This document shows, piece by piece, positions 55,872-64,000 of a stretch of DNA of 64,000 nt. The stretch is from assembly GCA_035711865.1 (NCBI GenBank), contig DASTBT010000079.1, forward strand, positions 702-64,701, read 5' to 3'. A program made the translations under genes and the position numbers. The notes under the pieces are model-generated. The model saw only the letters and a list, made by a program, of their open reading frames with translations, did not search any database and was not told where the DNA came from. The stretch comes from Actinomycetota bacterium. GTDB lineage: Bacteria; Actinomycetota; UBA4738; HRBIN12. Every line of letters begins with the position of its first letter. The first letter of the stretch is position 1.

Positions 55872-56102
55872 GTGCGGGAGCTCGTCGACTTCCTCGTGGC
55901 CGAGTTGGTCGACGATCCCGACGCGGTCGAGGTCACCGAGTCCGAAGACGATCGCGGGCTCCGCTACACGGTGCACGTCGCTCCCGACGACATGGGCAAG
56001 GTGATCGGGAAGGGCGGTCGCACCGCGAAGGCGATCCGACTGGTCGTCCGTGCCGCCGCCACACGTCAGGGCACGAACGCCTACGTCGACATCGCCGACT
56101 GA
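55872..56102 (+). CDS. KH-domain RNA-binding protein (UPF0109/YlqC-like)
   Basis: GKVIGKGGRTAKAIR GXXG motif. Conserved position between rpsP and rimM. Confidence 0.82.
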   Translation: MRELVDFLVAELVDDPDAVEVTESEDDRGLRYTVHVAPDDMGKVIGKGGRTAKAIRLVVRAAATRQGTNAYVDIAD

Positions 56103-56103
56103 G

Positions 56104-56622
56104 GTGGCCGGGCCGACCGTCGTCGTCGGTCACGTCACGCGGGCTCACGGTCTCGGGGGCGACGTCGAAGTCGAGCTCCGATCCGATGACCCCGAACGTT
56201 TCGCGGTTGGCGCGGTCGTTTTCACGGATACCGGTCGCTCGCTTCCAGTCGAGCGTGCGCGCCCTCACGGCGCTCGGCTCCTCGTGAAGTTCCGGTCGGT
56301 CGACGACAGGACGGTTGCGGAATCGTTGCGGGGCCAGGAGTTGGTCGTGCCCGAATCGTGGCTCCCCGACCTGCCCGAAGGGGAGTACTGGCCGTTCCAG
56401 CTGGAGGGCTGTGAGATGGTGACGGAGTCCGGCCGTTCGCTCGGGTCGCTGACCCGGGTGATCCCCAACCCCGCCAATGACCTGTGGGTGGCGATCGACG
56501 ACGCCGGAGCCGAAACGCTCGTGCCGGCCGTCCGTGAGTTGATCGTCGACGTCGACGTCGACGCCGGGCGGATCGTGGTGCGTGACCTGCCCGGCCTGAC
56601 CGCGCCCGAACCTCCAGACTGA
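56104..56622 (+). CDS. rimM: Ribosome maturation factor RimM
   Basis: VVGHVTRAHGLGGDVEV start and a PRC-barrel-like C-terminus. GTG lies 1 nt after the upstream stop. Confidence 0.88.
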   Translation: MAGPTVVVGHVTRAHGLGGDVEVELRSDDPERFAVGAVVFTDTGRSLPVERARPHGARLLVKFRSVDDRTVAESLRGQELVVPESWLPDLPEGEYWPFQLEGCEMVTESGRSLGSLTRVIPNPANDLWVAIDDAGAETLVPAVRELIVDVDVDAGRIVVRDLPGLTAPEPPD

Positions 56623-56671
56623 GAGTTCGAACGGCGAGCGCCGGGGGGCGGCCCGCGGTAGCCTCGCCTCG

Positions 56672-57355
56672 ATGCGCATCGACGTCTTCACGATCTTCCC
56701 CGACCTGGTGCGAGGGCCCCTCACAGCGAGCCTGCTCGGGAAGGCGATCGAAGCGGCGGTGGTTGACGTTCGGATCCACGATCTGCGGGATCACACGCGC
56801 GATCCTCATCGCAGCGTGGACGACACCCCGTTCGGGGGGGGACCCGGCATGGTGATGAAGCCCGACGTCTGGTTCCGTGCCGTCGAGTCGCTCGATCCCG
56901 ATCGTGGCCGGGTGTTGTTGCTCTCCCCGGCAGGTCGCCGCCTCGACCAGGATCTCGTCCGGGAGCTCGCCGACGAGCCGCACCTGACCCTGCTCTGCGG
57001 ACGGTACGAGGGCGTCGATGAGCGAGTCGTGGAAGGCCTTCCGGCAGAGGAGGTCTCGATCGGCGATTACGTGCTTTCGGGCGGGGAGCTGCCCGCGCTC
57101 GTGCTTATCGAAACCGTCACCCGGCTCGTGCCGGGGGTGATCGGGAGGGAGGACTCCCACGAGCAGGACTCGTTCAGCGAGCCGGGCCTGCTCGACCATC
57201 CGCACTACACGCGGCCGCGGACGTTCCGGGGCTTGTCGGTTCCGGAGGAGCTCCTCGGCGGAAACCACGCCGAGGTCGCGCGGTGGCGACGCGAGGCGGC
57301 CGAGGCGAAGACGCGCAAGAACCGGCCGGATCTCGTGCCGGACGACCGTTCCTGA
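56672..57355 (+). CDS. trmD: tRNA (guanine37-N1)-methyltransferase
   Basis: [33 protein letters not shown] and YTRP blocks. Confidence 0.94.
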   Translation: MRIDVFTIFPDLVRGPLTASLLGKAIEAAVVDVRIHDLRDHTRDPHRSVDDTPFGGGPGMVMKPDVWFRAVESLDPDRGRVLLLSPAGRRLDQDLVRELADEPHLTLLCGRYEGVDERVVEGLPAEEVSIGDYVLSGGELPALVLIETVTRLVPGVIGREDSHEQDSFSEPGLLDHPHYTRPRTFRGLSVPEELLGGNHAEVARWRREAAEAKTRKNRPDLVPDDRS

Positions 57356-57404
57356 ACGCTCCGCGGCGACCGAAAGCCCGCTGGTAGACTCGTCTGCCGT
57401 TGCC

Positions 57405-57968
57405 ATGAACAAGACCGATCTGATCGAGCAGTCCTACCTGCGCAGCGACATCCCGGAGTTCCGCCCCGGTGACACCGTCAGGGTGCACGTGCGGGTGGTC
57501 GAGGGGAGTCGCGAGCGGGTGCAGGTCTTCCAAGGTGTCGTGATCGCCCGCCAGCACGGCGGCCTGCGCGAGACGTTCACCGTGCGGAAGATCTCGTTCG
57601 GCGTGGGCGTCGAACGCACGTTTCCGGTGCATTCTCCGTCGATCGCCAAGCTCGAAGTCGTGAGCCGTGGTCAGGTGCGCCGAGCGAAGCTCTACTACCT
57701 GCGTGAGCTCCGCGGGAAGAAGGCCCGCATCCGGGAGCGCCGCATCGACGACGCGAAGCTCGCGGCGATGGAGGAAGCCGCCCGAGCAGCGGCCGACGAG
57801 CCCGTCGGAGCCGACGAGCCTGAGGGTGCGGACGAGTCCATCGCCGCGGATGAGCCCGACGGCGCGCCGAGCGAGGCCTCCGCGGAACCGGCCGATGGCC
57901 AACCGGCCGACGAACTGGCGGAGGCCGACGCAGCGGAACCCGCCGACGAGGAGAAAGCCGAGGCCTGA
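57405..57968 (+). CDS. rplS: 50S ribosomal protein L19 with long acidic C-terminal extension
   Basis: [30 protein letters not shown] core and [17 protein letters not shown], followed by about 70 aa rich in A/D/E/P. Confidence 0.92.
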   Translation: MNKTDLIEQSYLRSDIPEFRPGDTVRVHVRVVEGSRERVQVFQGVVIARQHGGLRETFTVRKISFGVGVERTFPVHSPSIAKLEVVSRGQVRRAKLYYLRELRGKKARIRERRIDDAKLAAMEEAARAAADEPVGADEPEGADESIAADEPDGAPSEASAEPADGQPADELAEADAAEPADEEKAEA

Positions 57969-57971
57969 ACC

Positions 57972-58625
57972 GTGGGCGATGGGCCTTCCGGCGAGGCCGA
58001 GCCCACCACCCCGTCGAAGGAGCACCGGCGCGCTCGTCCGCCCGAGTTCGCGACGCTCATCGGCATCGCGGTCCTGCTGGCGATCCTACTGAGATTGTTC
58101 GTGGTGCAGGCCTTCTCGATCCCATCGGCGTCGATGGTGCCGACGCTCTTTCCCGGCGACCGGATCCTCGTCTGTCGCGCGTGCAGCCTCGTCGACGACA
58201 TCGACCATGGCGACGTGATCGTCTTCGAGGGGCGAGACGGTGCCCCGACCGATCGCGGGCTCGTGGCCGGAGCGTTGCACTGGCTGGGTGAAACCCTCGG
58301 CGTCGCGGAGCCGCCCCACGAGGACTTCGTCAAGCGCGTCGTCGGACTGCCCGGCGACACGGTCGAGATCGACCGCTCGGGCCAGCTCATCGTGAACGGA
58401 CGTGCCGTCGACGAGCCGTACCTGCTGCAGCCGGTGCCTCGCCAGGGCTTCCCACCGACGACGGTGCCGGATGGCATGCTGTTCGTGCTCGGTGACAACC
58501 GTGGGAACTCCGGCGACTCCCGGTGCGGACCTCCCGAGTGCACCGGTCTCGTACCGCTCGACAAGGTCATCGGGGTGACCTTCCTGCGGGTATGGCCACC
58601 TTCGAGGCTGGGGGTCCTAGGGTGA
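57972..58625 (+). CDS. lepB: Signal peptidase I
   Basis: TM helix, SIPSASMVPTL (catalytic Ser box), a KRVVGLPGD block and GDNRGNSGDSR. Confidence 0.9.
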   Translation: MGDGPSGEAEPTTPSKEHRRARPPEFATLIGIAVLLAILLRLFVVQAFSIPSASMVPTLFPGDRILVCRACSLVDDIDHGDVIVFEGRDGAPTDRGLVAGALHWLGETLGVAEPPHEDFVKRVVGLPGDTVEIDRSGQLIVNGRAVDEPYLLQPVPRQGFPPTTVPDGMLFVLGDNRGNSGDSRCGPPECTGLVPLDKVIGVTFLRVWPPSRLGVLG

Positions 58626-58638
58626 GGACGACACGGCG

Positions 58639-59286
58639 ATGACGATGGATCGGTACGAGCGGCTGTTGACCGCCCACGGGTTCGCCAGGGTCGCCGGCGC
58701 CGACGAGGCCGGCCGCGGGGCCCTCGCGGGACCCCTCGTCGCCGCCGCCGTGATCCTGCCACTCGATTTCGACATCGAGGGCATCAACGACTCGAAGTTG
58801 CTGACGGAGGCACAGCGCGAGGCCGCGTACGAGCGGATCGCGGACCGGGCCTCGTGGGTCGTCTGCAAGGCCGAGCCCGGTGCCATCGACACACGCGGAT
58901 TGCATCGCTCGAACATCGCGTTGCTGCGCCGGGCGGCGAAGGCGCTGGAGCCCGACTACGTGCTCACCGACGGGTTCCCGGTGCCCCGCATCCCGTGCCC
59001 GTCGATCGGGGTGAAGAAGGGCGACATGGTGAGCGTGAGCATCGCGGCCGCCTCGATCATGGCCAAGGTCACGAGGGATCGCATCATGCGGCGTTTGCAC
59101 AAGCGCTACCCGGCGTTCGGATTCGACCACAACAAGGGCTACGGCACCCCGGAGCACCTCGAGGCCCTCATGCACCACGGGCCGACCCCCGTGCACCGCA
59201 TGTCGTTCGCGCCGTGCGCCCAGCCGTCGCTGTTCGCCACCGACCACTCGTTCACGACCCCGGATGAGGCCGACGCGATAGCGTGA
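58639..59286 (+). CDS. rnhB: Ribonuclease HII
   Basis: GADEAGRGALAGPLVAAAV, INDSKLL and ASIMAKVTRD blocks. Confidence 0.92.
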   Translation: MTMDRYERLLTAHGFARVAGADEAGRGALAGPLVAAAVILPLDFDIEGINDSKLLTEAQREAAYERIADRASWVVCKAEPGAIDTRGLHRSNIALLRRAAKALEPDYVLTDGFPVPRIPCPSIGVKKGDMVSVSIAAASIMAKVTRDRIMRRLHKRYPAFGFDHNKGYGTPEHLEALMHHGPTPVHRMSFAPCAQPSLFATDHSFTTPDEADAIA

Positions 59287-59300
59287 GAAGCTGGAGGGAC

Positions 59301-59621
59301 ATGGCGAGCGACGACGACATCGAGCGGTTCGAGGAGGAGCGCGAGCTCGAGCTCTACCGGGAGTACCGCGACGTGCTCCCGATGTTCACCTACGTGATCG
59401 AGACGGAACGGCGCTTCTACCTCGCGAACCAGGTCGAGCTGACCCCGATCGACGAGGGGTGGGTGCGGGTCGAGCTCACCGACGCCTGGGTATGGGACAT
59501 GTTCCGGCCTGCCCGCTTCGTCGCGAGCGTGCGGGTGATGACCCGACGTGACGTGAACGTCGAGGAGCTCGCGAAGCGCGACGAACCCACGACGATCCCC
59601 GACACGCCGGCCGCGCCGTAG
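59301..59621 (+). CDS. DUF2469 domain protein
   Basis: ELELYREYRDV start pattern and WVWDMFRP block. Conserved neighbour of rnhB in actinobacteria. ATG 59301 follows GGAGGGA. Confidence 0.75.
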   Translation: MASDDDIERFEEERELELYREYRDVLPMFTYVIETERRFYLANQVELTPIDEGWVRVELTDAWVWDMFRPARFVASVRVMTRRDVNVEELAKRDEPTTIPDTPAAP

Positions 59622-59682
59622 CTCCGTTCCCCCACGGCAGTCCACGTCGAGCCGTGTCACACCCCTGGCGTAGCGTCCGGTC

Positions 59683-60051
59683 GTGCCCGATGCTCGGCTC
59701 GTCCTCGGGGCTCGCGGTGAACAAGCGGCGCTCGATCTCTACCTTCGCCGAGGCTTCACGCTCGTCGCTCGCAATTGGCGTTGCAGCCTGGGCGAGATCG
59801 ATCTGGTGGTGCGCGGGCGCGACGTGACCGTGTTCTGCGAGGTGAAGACCCGCCGTGGCTCGCGCCACGGCGGGGGCTTCGAGGCGGTCGACGCCAGGAA
59901 ACGCCGAAAGCTCAGGGCGCTCGCCGAGGTGTTCGTGTTGACCCACGCCACGGGCCATGCCGCGGTGCGGTTCGACGTCGCGAGCGTGGCGATCGGGGCG
60001 GGGGGTCGACCCGGTGCCATCCAGGTGGAGCTGTTCGAGGACGCGTTCTGA
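59683..60051 (+). CDS. yraN: YraN family (UPF0102) endonuclease-like protein
   Basis: GARGEQAALDLYLRRGFTLVARNWRCSLGEIDLV...VFCEVKTR pattern. Confidence 0.82.
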   Translation: MPDARLVLGARGEQAALDLYLRRGFTLVARNWRCSLGEIDLVVRGRDVTVFCEVKTRRGSRHGGGFEAVDARKRRKLRALAEVFVLTHATGHAAVRFDVASVAIGAGGRPGAIQVELFEDAF

Positions 60052-60372
60052 CGACACCGGTCCGTGCACGTGCCCTACGTCGTTGGGCCGCGTGGGGCAC
60101 CCCGTCGGGCCGACGGATCGCGGCCCTCCGACGGTGGTGCGGCGTCGCGGGGGTCCGTACCATCCGCGCATGCGGAACGTCCGGACCGGATACGACGACA
60201 TCCTGCCCATCCGACGGCCGTGGGACAACAGCGGGCTCCGCAACCGCGTCGAGGGGCGCGAGATCGAGGGCGTCGACGTGCTCGGGCTCCAGTCCTCGGC
60301 GGCGGCTCGGTGCGATCGGAAACCCCGTCGTCGGCTCCGTCGATCCCCCCGAGCGGGGTCGCTTCCGGAGGC

Positions 60373-61908
60373 TCAGGGGAGGTCGAGCTCGGTGAGCACA
60401 TCGGCCGACAGCCGCCGGAGCGCGTCGAGCATGCGGTCGATGTCGCGCTCGGTCGAGAGGTAGTTCACGATGCCGGCGCGCAGGAACGTGGCCCCGCGCA
60501 GGGTCGTCACGCTCACCCACGCCTCCCCGCTGATCTCGAGCGCGCGCTGCAATCTGGACTGATAGGTGTCGAGAGCGCCTGCGGGCCAGTCCTCATGCCG
60601 GTCGGGCAGATGCCGGAAGCAGACGACCGACAGCTCGGGCTCCTGAGGGATCGCTTCGAGGTCGGCCTCGACGTTGCATCGGCGTGCGAGGTATGCGGCG
60701 AGGTCGTCGTTCTGCTCGATCAACGCGCCCAGCCCGTCGGTGCCGAGTTGTTTCCAGCTCATCCACAGCTTGAGCGCCCTGAGCCGGCGCGTGCCTTCGA
60801 ACGAGTACTGGTACCAATCGAGCGGGTCGTCCTGGGGCCGGTTCGAGGCGTAGTACTCGGGCGCACGGTGGAAGGTGGTCAGCAGGTCCCGCCTGCGTCG
60901 CACGATGAGGCCACCGATGTCGTATGCCTGGAAGAACCACTTGTGCGGATCGACCGTGACGCTGTCGGCGCGCTCGAGGCCGGGCACCCGGTGCGCGTCG
61001 CGGGATGAGAGTCGCGCGGCTCCTCCGTAGGCCGCATCGACATGCAACCACACCCCCTCCCGCTCCGAGAGGTCGGCCAGCGCGGGCGTGTCGTCGACCG
61101 AGCCGGTGTTCGTGGAGCCGGCGACCGCGGCGATCGCGAGCGGCGTGAGCCCCTCCGCCCGGTCGCCTTCGATCGCCTGGGCGACCGGCGCCGCCTGCAG
61201 CCGGAAGCGTTCGTCACTCTCGAGGACGACGAGCGTCTCGTCGGGGAAGCCGAGCACCGCCAGCGCTCGAGCGATCGAGAAATGCGATTGATCGCTGGCG
61301 TAGACCCGCGCGCCGTCGAGCTCGCCGCCGCGCGGGGGGCCCGCGATGCCGCGGAGTTTGCGGAGCCACACGTCGCGGGCGACGGTCATCGCCATCACGT
61401 TGGCCATCACGCCTCCGCTCGTGAGCACCCCCCACCCGTCGGCCCTCAACCCGACGAGATCTCGGAGCCAGCCGGTCACCTCTTCCTCGACGAACGCGCC
61501 GATCGGACCGGCGTGCCAGACGTCGACGCCCTGCTGGGTCCACTGTGCGAGCACCTCGCCGGCGATCGAGCTCGGAAGTGGGGGTGGGGTGAAGTAGCTG
61601 AAGGAGCCGGGGTGCTGGGAGTTGTAGGTGGCGGGGGCGATGCGCTCCCGGAACTCGGCGAGCACGTCGACCCATGGGCTCGGCGACTTCGGAGCGGCGG
61701 CGGGCCGATCCGTCGGGCCGAAGAAGTCGCGGCGAGCCTCCGGGTAGGTGCGTGCGTGCATCGGACGGCGGGTCGCGACGCCGTAGAGCCAGTCGAGCGC
61801 CTCGCTCCACGTGCGCTCGCCCAGGGCCTCGAGGGCCGGACGGGAGCGCTCCTCGTCGAGCAGGTCGATCAACTCGGGCTCGGGGCTCCAGTCGAATCGA
61901 TCGGACAC
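60373..61908 (-). CDS. Group II pyridoxal-dependent decarboxylase (amino-acid decarboxylase family)
   Basis: SGGVMANV, LHVDAAYGG and the DPHKW PLP-lysine motif. About 511 aa. Substrate not inferable. Confidence 0.85.
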   Translation of the reverse strand: MSDRFDWSPEPELIDLLDEERSRPALEALGERTWSEALDWLYGVATRRPMHARTYPEARRDFFGPTDRPAAAPKSPSPWVDVLAEFRERIAPATYNSQHPGSFSYFTPPPLPSSIAGEVLAQWTQQGVDVWHAGPIGAFVEEEVTGWLRDLVGLRADGWGVLTSGGVMANVMAMTVARDVWLRKLRGIAGPPRGGELDGARVYASDQSHFSIARALAVLGFPDETLVVLESDERFRLQAAPVAQAIEGDRAEGLTPLAIAAVAGSTNTGSVDDTPALADLSEREGVWLHVDAAYGGAARLSSRDAHRVPGLERADSVTVDPHKWFFQAYDIGGLIVRRRRDLLTTFHRAPEYYASNRPQDDPLDWYQYSFEGTRRLRALKLWMSWKQLGTDGLGALIEQNDDLAAYLARRCNVEADLEAIPQEPELSVVCFRHLPDRHEDWPAGALDTYQSRLQRALEISGEAWVSVTTLRGATFLRAGIVNYLSTERDIDRMLDALRRLSADVLTELDLP

Positions 61909-61994
61909 GGCGGGAGGCTAGCAGCCGGCCGTCGACCGACCGTCGACCGCCGTGACGGCCGTCACGGAACCGGGCGCCCGTCGGCCCTACCGTC

Positions 61995-63536
61995 GTGGCG
62001 ATGTACGGACGCGTGCTCGGAGTGACGGTGCTCGGGGTGGGAGGTTACCTCGTGACCGTCGAGGCGCACGTCGGTCGCGGGCTGCCGTCGATGACGCTCA
62101 CCGGCCTGCCGGGCGCCGCGGTGCGAGACGCGACCGAACGCATCCGGCCCGCCGTCGAGAGCCAGAAGCTCGAATGGCCGCTCCGACGGGTCGTCGTGAA
62201 CCTCGCGCCGGGCAACCTCCGCAAGGAAGGTCCGGGGCTCGATCTCCCGGTCGCCACCGGCGTGCTCGCGGCGACCGCACAGGTACCCACGGCGAAGCTC
62301 GGGCGGTTCGCGCTCGCGGGCGAGCTGTCGCTCAAGGGCGAGCTCATGCCGACGCCGGGCATCCTCTCGGTCGCGATCGCGGCGGCCCGAGCCGGGCTCG
62401 AGGGTGTGGTCGTTCCGAGGGTGAACGCGCTCGAGGCGGCGCAGGTCGACCGGCTCCATGTCGTCGCGGCATCGACGCTCGCCGAGGTGGTCGCGTTCCT
62501 CAAGGGAGCCTGGCAACCATCGGAGCCCGAGGGGCCGCCCCTCGAGAGCGAAGGGCCGAGCGACGTCGATTTCGGCGATGTGCGGGGGCAATCGCAGGCC
62601 CGTCGCGCCCTCGAGGTCGCCGCCGCGGGTGGCCACAACGTGTTGATGATCGGCTCCCCGGGCGCCGGCAAGACGATGCTGGCCCGGCGCATGACGACGA
62701 TCCTGCCGAGCCTGTCACGAGATGAGGCCCTGGAGGCGACCCAGCTCCATTCGGTGGCCGGGCTGCTCGCGGGTCGCGGCGTCCTGCGAGCGCGACCGTT
62801 CCGCGCACCACATCACTCGATCTCGACCTCGGGACTGCTCGGCGGCGGCACGGGGTACCTGCGGCCGGGCGAGGCCTCGCTCGCTCATCACGGGGTGTTG
62901 TTCCTCGACGAGCTCACCGAGTTCCATCGCGATGCGATCGAGGGCCTGCGCCAGCCGCTCGAGGACGGAGGGGTCGTCGTGACCAGGGCGATCGGCTCGG
63001 TCGAGTTCCCGGCGCGCTTCACGCTGGTCGCCGCGGCGAACCCGTGCCCGTGCGGGTTCGAGGGGGACCAGCGGCGACACTGCCGGTGCCGGTCCGATCG
63101 CATCGAGCACTACCGCCAACGGCTCTCCGGCCCCCTCCTCGATCGCATCGACCTTCGCCTGCGGGTGCCCCGGCTCACGAAGCACGAGCTCATGGGCGGC
63201 GAGCAGGGGGAGCCGTCGTCGGCGATCCGCGACAGGGTGCAGGCCGCGCGCGACCGGCAGCTCGAACGGTGGAGCGACCTCGGCCTCGCCTGCAACGCGC
63301 ATCTGCCAGGTCCAATCGCCCGGCGGCGCGTCAGGCTCACTCGAGCGGGCGAGGCCACCCTCGAAGCCGCGGTCGATCAGCTGGCGCTCACCGGCCGGGG
63401 CTTCGACCGGGCGATCAAGGTCGCCAGGACCGTCGCCGACCTCGCAGGCGCCGACGAGGTCGACACCGAACACGTCGCCGAGGCGTTGTCGTTCCGCGAC
63501 GGGGTCGTGCTCGACGGGCTGGCGCGTGCGGGATGA
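61995..63536 (+). CDS. comM: YifB/ComM family Mg-chelatase-like ATPase
   Basis: Lon-like N-domain, GSPGAGKTMLARR, LFLDELTEF, AANPCPCG and a C-terminal ChlI-like region. Confidence 0.92.
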   Translation: MAMYGRVLGVTVLGVGGYLVTVEAHVGRGLPSMTLTGLPGAAVRDATERIRPAVESQKLEWPLRRVVVNLAPGNLRKEGPGLDLPVATGVLAATAQVPTAKLGRFALAGELSLKGELMPTPGILSVAIAAARAGLEGVVVPRVNALEAAQVDRLHVVAASTLAEVVAFLKGAWQPSEPEGPPLESEGPSDVDFGDVRGQSQARRALEVAAAGGHNVLMIGSPGAGKTMLARRMTTILPSLSRDEALEATQLHSVAGLLAGRGVLRARPFRAPHHSISTSGLLGGGTGYLRPGEASLAHHGVLFLDELTEFHRDAIEGLRQPLEDGGVVVTRAIGSVEFPARFTLVAAANPCPCGFEGDQRRHCRCRSDRIEHYRQRLSGPLLDRIDLRLRVPRLTKHELMGGEQGEPSSAIRDRVQAARDRQLERWSDLGLACNAHLPGPIARRRVRLTRAGEATLEAAVDQLALTGRGFDRAIKVARTVADLAGADEVDTEHVAEALSFRDGVVLDGLARAG

Positions 63537-63546
63537 CGCACGACCG

Positions 63547-64000
63547 ATGAAGCGCACCGACCTGCCGAGGCGAGTGCTCGACGTTCCCCCCGGTTTCCCC
63601 GATGCTTACGCCGCTGGTCCGGGTGCCAGGGGTGCCCTGTTGGTGCTGTCCGCCCTGCGCGGGATCAAGCCGTACCAGCTGCACGAGCTCGCCTGGACCA
63701 CGGGCACGGCCGAGGAGACCCTCGCGGCGATCAGGGCGGGCGAGGTCGGCAGCGAGGCAGATCGGGAATGGGCATGCGAACTCGATGCCGTCGAGATCGA
63801 GCGCGAGGCTCGATCGCTCGGCGCCCGGTTCGTCACTCCGGTCGACGAGGAGTACCTTCCGGACTTCCTCGAGCTGCTACACGATCCGCCGGTCGCGTTG
63901 TTCGTCTCGGGTCGACGGCTCACCGAGCTGCCGGATCGCGTGGGGGTCGTCGGCGCTCGCAACTGCTCCCCGCTCGGCAACGAGGTCGCCATGAGCATCG
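63547..64000 (+). CDS. dprA: DNA-processing protein DprA (5' partial, runs off the window)
   Basis: Own translation from ATG 63547: MKRTDLPRRVLDVPPGFPDAY...FLELLHDPPVALFVSGRRL...VVGARNCSPLGNEVA. Open to base 64000. Confidence 0.8.
   Translation, partial: MKRTDLPRRVLDVPPGFPDAYAAGPGARGALLVLSALRGIKPYQLHELAWTTGTAEETLAAIRAGEVGSEADREWACELDAVEIEREARSLGARFVTPVDEEYLPDFLELLHDPPVALFVSGRRLTELPDRVGVVGARNCSPLGNEVAMSI

Noticed and set aside
53874-55976. N-terminal ~700 aa of the 933-aa minus-strand ORF 53175..55976
   Set aside because: This part is antisense to ffh and rpsP and is low complexity. Only the last 232 aa, from ATG 53873, carry HisKA/HATPase motifs, so I truncated the call.

Overview
High-GC chromosomal segment of the Actinomycetota type. 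It is almost entirely housekeeping and strongly syntenic with the classical actinobacterial core block: FAH-gltX ... hupB-fbiD-plsC-ddl ... recG-rsmD-coaD-DUF177-rpmF-rnc-fpg-acyP-smc-ftsY-ffh-rpsP-KH-rimM-trmD-rplS-lepB-rnhB-DUF2469-yraN-comM-dprA. I call about 70 protein-coding genes, including two below the ORF-track size cutoff (rpmF and a 48-codon sORF) and the open-ended dprA at the window edge. I also call 2 tRNAs (Glu-CTC, Gln-CTG), one ileS T-box leader with a terminator-like hairpin, 2 pseudogenes, one coding tandem repeat and a few hairpin or promoter candidates. Many genes are translationally coupled through ATGA/GTGA overlaps. The long antisense ORFs in the track are high-GC shadows. 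The only clearly accessory patch is about 17.4-25.5 kb. It holds a flavodoxin-like gene, a broken FAD oxidase with an intact HxlR regulator, a roughly 2-kb A/T-richer islet bracketed by a 43-nt direct repeat of the tRNA-Glu 3' half, a holin-like/DUF3618/ArsR cluster, and an unusual A/T-richer intergenic region next to icd. I found no rRNA, CRISPR array, intact integrase or transposase, or recognisable defence or toxin-antitoxin system. I cannot honestly point to a convincing novel multi-gene system. The most unusual items are: (1) the decayed tRNA-Glu-associated islet; (2) a minimal orphan response-regulator/histidine-kinase pair sitting where many actinobacteria carry amt-glnB-glnD; (3) an Fpg homolog lacking the catalytic N-terminal Pro; (4) an IleRS with diverged HIGH/KMSKS signatures behind a T-box whose discriminator-pairing base is atypical; (5) a probable CTG start on plsC; (6) a ribosomal protein L19 with a long acidic tail. 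All functional calls rest on motif-level recognition by eye. No database search was run.
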